NCBI GenBank assembly: GCA_030605125.1
Contig: JAUWBD010000002.1
Coordinates: 13,179-77,178, forward strand
Direction: 5' to 3'
Length of the DNA stretch: 64,000 nucleotides
Origin: Verrucomicrobiota bacterium
GTDB lineage: Bacteria > Verrucomicrobiota > Verrucomicrobiia > Opitutales > Opitutaceae
This document shows positions 56,246 to 64,000 of the stretch, piece after piece. The position numbers and the translations under genes are program-made. The notes under the pieces were generated by a model. It was given only the letters and a program-made list of their open reading frames with translations, did no database searches and was not told the origin of the DNA. How positions within the stretch are numbered: position 1 is the first letter of the stretch; each line of letters starts with the position of its first letter.

Positions 56246-57292
56246 GTGTCCGCCCAAGCGCTCATCGCCTCCGCCCCCGCCTTCCAAGCCGCGCTGCTTG
56301 GTTGGTATCACGCGCAACGCCGCCGCCTGCCCTGGCGCGAGGAGCCCTCGCTCTACAAGACCGTGGTGAGCGAGTTCATGCTCCAGCAGACGCAGGTGAA
56401 GACGATGCTGCCCTACTTCGCGCGCTGGCTGAAGGCGCTGCCGGATTTCGCCGCGCTCGCCGCCGCCTCGGAGGCCGAGGTGGTGAAGCTCTGGGAAGGC
56501 CTCGGTTACTACACCCGCGCGCGCAACCTCCACAAACTCGCCCGCGCGCTGGTCGCCCTGCCGGAGCCGCCGCGCACGCGCGAGGCCTGGCTGGAGCTGC
56601 CCGGCATCGGCCCCTACACCTCGGCCGCGATCACGAGCATCGCCTTCGGCGCCCCGGCCGCGGTGGTGGACGGCAACGTGGTGCGCATCCTCTCCCGCCT
56701 CGCCGCCGACGGCCGCGCCTGGCGCGACACCACCGCGGCGGGCAAGGACCTCGCGCCGCTCGCGGACGCGCTCCTCAACCACGCCGAGCCGGGCGACCAC
56801 AACCAGGCGATGATGGAGCTCGGCGCGACGGTCTGCACGCGCCACAACCCGCTTTGCACCGTGTGCCCCGTGCGCGCCTTCTGCGCCGCCTGCCGCGCCG
56901 GCGAGCCCGAGGCCTACCCGCGCCTCGCGGCCAAGGCCATCGAGGCCGTCACCGTCCTGCGCGCCTGGTGCCGCCGCGCGGGCGACGGCGCGCTGCTCCT
57001 GCACCGCACCGCCTCGACCGCGCGCCGCCTCGCGGGCCAGCACGAGTTGCCCGCGGCCGAGCACCTGGGCGTGGGCGCGCTGGAGCTGGCCGCGGCCGGC
57101 GCGCCGCTCGCGGTGAAGAAGCGCGGCATCACGCGCTTCGCCTTCACCGAGCCGATCCACCCCTGGCCCGAGGAGCGCCTGCCCCGCGCGCTCCCGGCCG
57201 GGCTGGTGTGGATCGCGCCGGCGGAGCTCGAGTCGGTCCTCATGTCGGGTCCGCACCGCCGCTGGGTGCGGGAGTTGTTGGCGCGCGATTGA
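56246..57292 (+). CDS. mutY: A/G-specific adenine glycosylase
   Basis: RRLPWR, VSEFMLQQTQV, WEGLGYYTRARNL, LPGIGPYT, VDGNV, QAMMELGATVC..P.C..CPVRAFC Fe-S motif; GTG start 56246 likely. Confidence 0.95.
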   Translation: MSAQALIASAPAFQAALLGWYHAQRRRLPWREEPSLYKTVVSEFMLQQTQVKTMLPYFARWLKALPDFAALAAASEAEVVKLWEGLGYYTRARNLHKLARALVALPEPPRTREAWLELPGIGPYTSAAITSIAFGAPAAVVDGNVVRILSRLAADGRAWRDTTAAGKDLAPLADALLNHAEPGDHNQAMMELGATVCTRHNPLCTVCPVRAFCAACRAGEPEAYPRLAAKAIEAVTVLRAWCRRAGDGALLLHRTASTARRLAGQHELPAAEHLGVGALELAAAGAPLAVKKRGITRFAFTEPIHPWPEERLPRALPAGLVWIAPAELESVLMSGPHRRWVRELLARD

Positions 57293-57337
57293 CGCGACGC
57301 GGCACCGGGCGCAAAAGCGGCGGTCAGACCCGACGCC

Positions 57338-57772
57338 ATGAAGACCTTACGCGCCCTCCTCGCCCTTTCCCTCGCCGCCTCCGCGGCCGTTTTTTTCGCC
57401 GGCTGCTCCACCGTGCCGCTCAGCAAGGACGGGGAGATGCAGGCGACCTTCGTGGCGGGCGAATTCCGCATGCTGGTCAACGCCGACGCCCCGCGCACCG
57501 CGGCGGCGACCTCGGAGGCGTTCAAGCAGATGGGGCTTTTCGAGGTGAAGCGCGAGCTGCGCACCTTCGACGCCGAGCTGGCGGCGCGCTCGCCGAAGGA
57601 CGAGAAGATCCGCGTCGTGATCAAGGAGATCAACAGCAAGCAGACCGAGCTGCGCATCCGGGTGGACGTGGTCGGCGACCGGAATTTTTCACGCAAGCTG
57701 TATGAGCGCATCGAGGCCAACCTCGGCGCCGCCGGCACCGGCCAGGCCCGCGCCGGCATGAGCGGCTGGTGA
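57338..57772 (+). CDS. DUF3568-like lipoprotein
   Basis: Lipobox FAGC; KIRVVIKEINSKQTELRIRVDVVGDRNFSRKLYERI. Confidence 0.7.
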   Translation: MKTLRALLALSLAASAAVFFAGCSTVPLSKDGEMQATFVAGEFRMLVNADAPRTAAATSEAFKQMGLFEVKRELRTFDAELAARSPKDEKIRVVIKEINSKQTELRIRVDVVGDRNFSRKLYERIEANLGAAGTGQARAGMSGW

Positions 57773-57818
57773 GGCGGCCGGGCGGTTCCATCCAACCCGG
57801 GATTCGCAAGCGAACGCC

Positions 57819-59009
57819 CTACGCCGCCTCCGCCCGCGCCAACTTTATCCCCTGCTTCGCCGCCCAGAGCGTGAGGTCGCGCTTCGACAGCGCCGCCGCG
57901 ATCAGGTCGGGGAACTTGTCCGGCGTGCAGGCAAACACCGGCACGCCCAGCGCCGCAAAGGCCGCCGCGTTTCGCGGATCGAAGGCCGGCTGCCCGTCGT
58001 CGCTCAGCGCGAGGAGCGCGATCAAGCGCACGCCCGCCGTCACCAAACGCGCCGCCGTCTTCAACATCTGCCCCACGTTGCCGCCTTCGTAGAGGTCGCT
58101 CACCAGCACCATCACCGTGTCCGCCGGGCGCGTCACCAGCCCTTCGCAATACACCAGCGCGCGGTGAATGTCGGTGCCGCCGCCGAGCTGCGCGCCAAAG
58201 AGCAAATCCACCGGATCGCGCAAATCCTGCGTGAGATCCACCACCGCAGTGTCAAAGACCACCATGCGCGTGCTCACCGCCGGCAGCGTCGCCAGCACCG
58301 CACCGAAGATCGACGAATACACCACCGAGGTCGCCATCGATCCGCTCTGGTCCACGCACAGGATCACGTCGCGCAGCGAGGCGCGCCGCCGCCCGTAGCC
58401 CACGAGCTTTTCCGGGATGATCGTGCGCTGCTCCGGCTGGTAATGCTTCAGGTTGGCGCGCACCGTCCGCGCCCAATCGATCTCGCGCAGCCGCGGCCGG
58501 TTGTTGCGGATGCTCCGCGCCAACGCGCCGCCCACCGCCTGCCGCATCGGCTCGGCCAGCCGTCGCAAAATCTCGTCCACGATGCGCTGCACCACCTGCC
58601 GCGCCGTCTCGCGCGTCTTCTCTGGCATGGCGCGATTCAGGGAGATCAGCGTCGCCGCCAAGTGCACGTCGGGCTCCGCCGCCGAGAGCAGCTCGGGCTC
58701 GAGCAGCAACTGCTTCAGGTCGAGCCGCTCCATCGCGTCGCGCTGCATCACACTCACCACGCTGGTCGGGAAAAACTTTCGGATGTCGCCCAGCCAGCGC
58801 GCCACTTTAGGAGCCGAGCCGCCCAGCCCGCCCTTGCGCGACTGCGGTTTGCCATCCTGCTCCGGCCCCGTGCCCTCCTGGTAAAGCGCCGCCAGGGCCT
58901 CGTCCATGCGCACGTCGTCGCCGCTCAGGTCCGCGCCGAGCGGCTCCGCGCTCTCCTGCCCCAGCACCAAGCGCCAACGCCGCGCCTCCTCCGTCTTCGT
59001 CGTGCTCAT
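57819..59009 (-). CDS. vWA (CoxE/YehP-like) domain protein
   Basis: RRWRLVLG, VARWLGDIR, MIDAS motif VDQSGSM, GGGTDI, VSDLYEG; ATGA overlap with the upstream gene. Confidence 0.9.
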   Translation of the reverse strand: MSTTKTEEARRWRLVLGQESAEPLGADLSGDDVRMDEALAALYQEGTGPEQDGKPQSRKGGLGGSAPKVARWLGDIRKFFPTSVVSVMQRDAMERLDLKQLLLEPELLSAAEPDVHLAATLISLNRAMPEKTRETARQVVQRIVDEILRRLAEPMRQAVGGALARSIRNNRPRLREIDWARTVRANLKHYQPEQRTIIPEKLVGYGRRRASLRDVILCVDQSGSMATSVVYSSIFGAVLATLPAVSTRMVVFDTAVVDLTQDLRDPVDLLFGAQLGGGTDIHRALVYCEGLVTRPADTVMVLVSDLYEGGNVGQMLKTAARLVTAGVRLIALLALSDDGQPAFDPRNAAAFAALGVPVFACTPDKFPDLIAAALSKRDLTLWAAKQGIKLARAEAA

Positions 59010-61339
59010 GATTTTATTCCCTCCCCGAGCCCCAGCAGGCTCGCCGTCAAGGCGACCGCCGGCCGGGCCCGCGCCTCGTCGATCTCCCAAAGCTCCGCCC
59101 CGCCGCCCGAGCCGCGTCCGCCCCCGGCACCGCTACCTGCACCGCCGCTTGCCAAGCCGGCCACCGCCTGCCCGATCTGCCCGCGCTCCGGCGGTGTGAA
59201 CCGCGCGAAGGTGCGCCGCACCAAGGGCAGCACGGCCTGAAACTGCTCCGCCGGCAGCCCCGCCAGCCACGCGTGGAGCAGCGCAAGCAAAGCCTGGTCG
59301 TGCACCAGCACCGCGCCGCCGCCGCTCAAAAAACCCTCCAGCCACGCCGCCGCCGCTTCCGCGCTCTGCCCGGCGGAGAGCGCGTGGCTGAGCCGCGTGG
59401 CGACGCCCTCCGCGTCGAGCGCGTCCGCATCGCGTTGCATGCGCGTGCAGAGCCCGCGCAGCGCCGGGTGTGCCGAGCCGTGGTCCATGATGCGCCGCGT
59501 CGTCGCCCGCCACTCCTCGGCCAGCGGCTCGTCCTCGATCAGCCGGATTGCTTCGTCGTGGCCCGACACGAGCTGCGCCAGCTCCGCCGCCGCCTCCTCC
59601 GCCAGCCCCGACACCGCGCCGGGCAACTCGACGTGCGCCCGCCGCGCGAGGCCGATCACGATGCCGCGCACCGCCGCGAGGTCGGTCTGCCTCACGCTGC
59701 CGTAGCGCGCCAAGCGCGCGAGCGGCGCGATGGCGCGCAAGAGGCCCGGGGGATCGTCCACCGAGGCCGCCGCCGCCTGCACCCGCGCGAGGATCGCCTC
59801 GCCCGCCGCCGGCAGGTCCGCGAGCAGGGCCAGCTCGAGCAGCTCGACCAGCGTTTCCAAGGGCGGATTGCCCTCCGCGGTCCGCGCCAGACGCGTCTCC
59901 GCGGCGGTCGCGAGGGTGTTGCCAAACGACGAGGCGTCGATGATCGCGAGCACCAGCTCCGCCGCCCATTGCAGCGACCAATGCTCGCGGAAAGTCCCCT
60001 TGCCGCCGCGCGCCTGCACCGGCTTGCCCCAGTGCACACGCACCGCCCGCAGCCGGTGCAAAAACACGCTGCGCGCGCGTCCGCTCGGCTCGCGCAGGTC
60101 CAGCTCGAGCGGCGTCACGCTCGCCGTCGGCTTGAGGCGCAGCGACTTTTGCTGGCGCTCGATGTCGTCCTGCAAAGGCAGCTTCGCCAGACCCTCGGGC
60201 AACTCGCCGAGGCGCTCGCCGACCAGCAGCGGACGCTTCAGCAAGCCGAGCAGCGCCCCGTCGCCCTCGCAAAACACCGCGCGCATCGCCTCCAGCGTCT
60301 CGGACAGCCCCGCCGCCGGCCGCCCGCGCAAGCCCGCCAGCGCCTGCGCGAGACGCACCGCCTCGATCACGCTCGCGCTCGAGGCCGACACATCGTGACC
60401 GCGCAGCACCCGCGCCGCCTTCGTGATCCAGCGCGCCGTCGGATCGCCTTCGCCCATCGCGCCGCGCTCCCAGAGGTGTTCATACCAACCGGGCGACTCC
60501 ACGCCCGCCCCGTAGCCGCTGGCCGAGGTGAGGCGCTCGAATGTCCAGGGCGCCCAGGTGGCGCGCACCTTCGCCTTCGGCATACCCTTGAGCAAAGCCG
60601 CGTCGTCCGCCGCCTTCACGGCCTGCCGCAGCGCAGGCAAATGCCAGGCACCGCAGACCACCGCGATGTTCTGCGCCCCCGCTTTCTCCGCCTCGCGGAT
60701 GCCGCGCCGCATCCAGGCCTCGCGCCGTAGATCGTGCTCGGTCTCGGGCAGGGCCAGCTCGGTTCGCAGCGCGGTGAGCGCCTCACCGACCGCCGCGAAA
60801 AGGTCACCGTCGTGCGCGCGCTCCTCGACGCGATCGTTCCACCAACGCTCGCCGTCGCTGTAGCCGTCGGCCTTCGCCAGCCAGCTCAGCGGATCGCCGC
60901 GCGCGGCCTCCGGCTGCGGCTCCGGCTCGGGCTCGGACGCCGACGCCGCGCTCTTTTCTTGCCCCTCCTCCGCCTGCTCGGCCGCCGCCGCGGCGGCGCG
61001 CTCCGCCTCCTCCTTCGCCGCGTCGATCGCGAAGCGGTGCGTGCAGGGCAGATCGAGGAAGCGCACCGGCACGCCCTGCGCCGTGGCCCAGCGCAGCGCC
61101 TGCCACTCGGGGGAAAACTCCGCGAAGGGGTAAAACGCCGCGCGCCGCGGATTCTCCACATCGTAGATCAAGATCGCCACCGGCGGCTTGAGCGCGGGGT
61201 CCCGCACCGCGTCGATCAACTCGTCCGCGTCCGGCGGACCCTCGATCAACACCAGGTCCGGCCGAAGCGCGTCGAGCGCCTTCACCAGGCTGCGCGCGCA
61301 GCCGGGCCCGTGGTGACGAATGCCGAAGATCGTCGTCAT
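59006..61339 (-). CDS. DUF5682 (YehM-like) protein
   Basis: FGIRHHGPG, LIEGP, YPFAEFSPEWQA, REAWM, VCGAWH, TWAPWT..SGYGAG. Confidence 0.85.
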   Translation of the reverse strand: MTTIFGIRHHGPGCARSLVKALDALRPDLVLIEGPPDADELIDAVRDPALKPPVAILIYDVENPRRAAFYPFAEFSPEWQALRWATAQGVPVRFLDLPCTHRFAIDAAKEEAERAAAAAAEQAEEGQEKSAASASEPEPEPQPEAARGDPLSWLAKADGYSDGERWWNDRVEERAHDGDLFAAVGEALTALRTELALPETEHDLRREAWMRRGIREAEKAGAQNIAVVCGAWHLPALRQAVKAADDAALLKGMPKAKVRATWAPWTFERLTSASGYGAGVESPGWYEHLWERGAMGEGDPTARWITKAARVLRGHDVSASSASVIEAVRLAQALAGLRGRPAAGLSETLEAMRAVFCEGDGALLGLLKRPLLVGERLGELPEGLAKLPLQDDIERQQKSLRLKPTASVTPLELDLREPSGRARSVFLHRLRAVRVHWGKPVQARGGKGTFREHWSLQWAAELVLAIIDASSFGNTLATAAETRLARTAEGNPPLETLVELLELALLADLPAAGEAILARVQAAAASVDDPPGLLRAIAPLARLARYGSVRQTDLAAVRGIVIGLARRAHVELPGAVSGLAEEAAAELAQLVSGHDEAIRLIEDEPLAEEWRATTRRIMDHGSAHPALRGLCTRMQRDADALDAEGVATRLSHALSAGQSAEAAAAWLEGFLSGGGAVLVHDQALLALLHAWLAGLPAEQFQAVLPLVRRTFARFTPPERGQIGQAVAGLASGGAGSGAGGGRGSGGGAELWEIDEARARPAVALTASLLGLGEGIKS

Positions 61340-64000
61340 GCCTGGTCGTTGTCCGCGTCCGCCCCGGCTTCGCCGCCAGCCGCCGCGCCGATGCCCGCGA
61401 TGGCCTTCAGGTCGCCCACCGTCTCCGAATACACCACCGGCGGCACCACGCCAAAGGCCAGCACCCGCGCATCGTTGGCCTGCGGATCATCATAGACGTA
61501 GCTGCCGCGCTTAACGCTGTCGGCGCGCGTGAAACGCGCCACGCCGAGCGTGATCGTCTCCATCGGATCGATGCCGATGTAGAGCCCGTCGATCTCGAGC
61601 GACACCTCCACGCCCGCGCCCGGGAAGGCCTTGAAGTAGCCCGCCACGCCGCCCGCATCCACGACCGAGCCGCGCATCCAGCCGCGCCGCTCCGCCCGCG
61701 AGCGAAAGGTGCCGGCGCCGAGTGTCTTGTCCTGCGCCACCGCGAGCTCGCGCCGGTTGGCGTGCAGCGGATCGAGCCGCTCCACCGGACGCTCGAGCTG
61801 GGGAAAAGGCGCCTCGACCTTGAACCGCGCGAGGTGCGCGCGCCACGCCGCGATGGCGTCCGCCGTGAGTTCCAGAGGATGCACCATGCCGATCTGCGTC
61901 TCCGCCTCGGGCAACTCCTCCAGGCCGCCCGCCGCGTCGGCGAGCAGACCGTTCGGGTAGCGGCGGAAACAACGCAGCAGCGCGCCGTCCGCGCCATAGA
62001 TGCCCCAGACCAGCCGGGTGGCGAAAGCGCGCAGCACCGGGTGCCGCTCGTAGAGTTCGCGCCAGCGGGCCACCGGCCAGCGCCGCTGCCGCACGAGCGC
62101 CAACTCGAGCCGCGCGGTCTGGCCCTTGGCCGCCTCGCGCAGGAGTTTGCCCAGCTCCTTCACCTCGGCCCTGAGCGCGTCGGGCGCGGAGGCGGGCAAG
62201 CCCTTCAGTGTCTTGTCGGATTCCGGGTCGGACCACGCGAGCTTCAGGTCCACGCCCAGCTCGGCGCGGGCCGCGCCGCCCTCCCAGGTGAAGTCGCGCA
62301 GGCCGTCCTCGTTGAAGCCGAAGCCCGGCACCACCAGATCGCCGAGCTCATCCGCCGAAAGCCCGCGCGCGTCCGCCGCGGCCTGGAACGCCTGCGCGGC
62401 GGCCGCCCCGATGTTGCGCTGCTTGCTGCGATAGCGCGTGGCGAGGGCGTCAAGAAACATCAGCGCCTCGTCGCTGCCTTGGAGCGCGATGGCCTGCGCG
62501 GCGTATTCGGCGAGCTTGCCACGCCCCTTCTCGCACCACTTCGGTATCCAAGAATTAATGACAGGCAGGATACGCGTGTCACCCAGCGCCCCCGCGAGCA
62601 CGAGCGCCCAGCGGTCCTTCGCCTCCTGCGGCGAGGCGAGCCAGGCCTCCAGCAGGGCAAGCGCGAAGTCACCCGAGCGCGCGCGGTCGAGCTGGGCCAG
62701 CAAAGGCGCGATCTCGGGCGTCACTGTGACCGCTTTGTGGGCCGCTTGAGTGGCGAGGAGGTGGGTGACGAGCAGTTGACCGAACTCGCGCCCGTCAGGT
62801 GTGACGAGCTTTGGCAACGAGGATGGTTCGGCCCAATCCGCCGGTGCCTTCGGGGCGCGCTTCCGTCGAGCGAGTTCCGATTCCCACGACGAAACATCCC
62901 GTTGCGATTCAGTCGCGCGCTCAGACATGACGTCGGCGGGCGTTGAGCAGCCTAGTTTTTCCAAAGCGCGCCGCAGCTCGGCGCGGACCGCCGCGGACTT
63001 CTCCGTCGCCAGCGCCTCCTGCAGGAGCGGTGCCAGAGCAGCCTCTTCCAACGCGGCGAGAAGGGCTGCACCGCCAATCCGCTGGTCGGCCCGCTTGGCT
63101 CGCACGAACTCTGCTCCCAGCCTCCGCACGTCATCCGGATCCGACTTCGACAGGACTTCCACGGCGACCTCGCGCAACTGCTTCGAATTGGAACCCAAAA
63201 GTTCGCGCCACTCCTCGCAGAGGAGCGCGGCATGGCGTTCCGCCACTTTCCTCAGGACCTCGACCTTTCTCTCAACCACATTGATCGAGCGGAGGATTCG
63301 CCTCAACGCCTCGATCCGAGGCGCGGACATATCGTCTTTCGCTAGATCAACAAGCGCGAAGACGGCAGCCCCCTTGGCGTTGGCATCCGAACACTCCACG
63401 AGTGCGTCCACCACGGCAGCCCCCGCCGAATCGAGCCGTTCAAACGCCAGCTTATAAGCTTCCCGATACTCCCGCCCCATGGTCACACCGTAGAGCGTGA
63501 GAAAACCTCCACGCAGCACCGCCGGCAGGACCTCAAGCGCAAGGTCCGGAGCGCCCTCGACCAAGCGAAGCAAAATGTCGGCATAGGCCGCCACCGCGGG
63601 CTCACGTGCGCTCCGCAGAAACAAGTCTCGGTGACGATCCGGCCGGCGTCGCATCAACTCCTCGAGAACCGAGGCTCGCTGCACGGAGTCCGCAGGAGAA
63701 CAGACAAATCCCTCCGCGACCGGATCAAACTCACTGGTGCGAACGAGCAAAGCGCTCACCTCTTCGACCGACGGCAGTTTCTTCGACTGCGGCGGATAGT
63801 TGATGTGCAGCCAGTCTCGGACGATCTCGGGCCGCTCCGCGGCAAGTGCGCGCAAAAGGCAGACGCCGCCCCGCCCCAGCGCTTTCGTGAGTTCTGCCTG
63901 GGGCAAGTCCAGGATGTGACGTTCCCAACGCAGAACGACTTTGTCCTCCTCTGCTTCGTCATTCCATGCCGAGAACGAGGATCCCCACAGCCCGGATTCG
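61336..64000 (-). CDS. DUF4132 (YehI-like) protein, 5'-truncated (frame open to the window edge)
   Basis: C-terminal DELGDLVVPGFG, RLELALVRQRRW, HPVLRAFATRLVWG, IGMVHPLEL, PFPQLER, VYSETVGDL; no stop codon in frame from 63906 to 64000. Confidence 0.85.
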   Translation of the reverse strand, partial: ESGLWGSSFSAWNDEAEEDKVVLRWERHILDLPQAELTKALGRGGVCLLRALAAERPEIVRDWLHINYPPQSKKLPSVEEVSALLVRTSEFDPVAEGFVCSPADSVQRASVLEELMRRRPDRHRDLFLRSAREPAVAAYADILLRLVEGAPDLALEVLPAVLRGGFLTLYGVTMGREYREAYKLAFERLDSAGAAVVDALVECSDANAKGAAVFALVDLAKDDMSAPRIEALRRILRSINVVERKVEVLRKVAERHAALLCEEWRELLGSNSKQLREVAVEVLSKSDPDDVRRLGAEFVRAKRADQRIGGAALLAALEEAALAPLLQEALATEKSAAVRAELRRALEKLGCSTPADVMSERATESQRDVSSWESELARRKRAPKAPADWAEPSSLPKLVTPDGREFGQLLVTHLLATQAAHKAVTVTPEIAPLLAQLDRARSGDFALALLEAWLASPQEAKDRWALVLAGALGDTRILPVINSWIPKWCEKGRGKLAEYAAQAIALQGSDEALMFLDALATRYRSKQRNIGAAAAQAFQAAADARGLSADELGDLVVPGFGFNEDGLRDFTWEGGAARAELGVDLKLAWSDPESDKTLKGLPASAPDALRAEVKELGKLLREAAKGQTARLELALVRQRRWPVARWRELYERHPVLRAFATRLVWGIYGADGALLRCFRRYPNGLLADAAGGLEELPEAETQIGMVHPLELTADAIAAWRAHLARFKVEAPFPQLERPVERLDPLHANRRELAVAQDKTLGAGTFRSRAERRGWMRGSVVDAGGVAGYFKAFPGAGVEVSLEIDGLYIGIDPMETITLGVARFTRADSVKRGSYVYDDPQANDARVLAFGVVPPVVYSETVGDLKAIAGIGAAAGGEAGADADNDQA

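Noticed and set aside
1-64000. Transposase, integrase, phage or toxin-antitoxin genes
   Set aside because: No DDE, tyrosine/serine recombinase, Y1 or phage structural motifs recognised in any credible ORF

Overview
High-GC bacterial window, most consistent with Verrucomicrobiota (Opitutaceae-like). Support: a PEP-CTERM protein, a prepilin/H-X9-DG protein, and RNase HII plus HIII. Bases 1-51250 form one large plant-pectin utilisation region. It starts with a GH130-like gene and a probable oxidative D-apiose operon (apnL-, oiaC-, apnO- and apsD-like genes) followed by an ADP-ribosylglycohydrolase-fold gene. It continues with arabinan/galactan glycosidases (GH51, four GH43-like, GH42, GH35) and a rhamnogalacturonan-I lyase/esterase set (three PL11, PL4, PL26, PL10, PL22, three CE12). 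It also holds rhaM, a solute symporter, an ABC exporter-type transporter, and a central PEP-CTERM/AraC/pilin-like/LacI cassette. No SusC/D or TonB receptor is present. A 13-bp palindromic operator-like motif recurs upstream of the rhamnogalacturonan genes. The region ends at tRNA-Leu(TAG). After it come housekeeping genes (M23 peptidase, rnhB, rnhC, mutY), a repeat-rich spacer, and the 3' part of an uncharacterised DUF4132-DUF5682-vWA (yeh-like) operon that runs off the window. Family assignments come from motif recognition by eye, not database searches.
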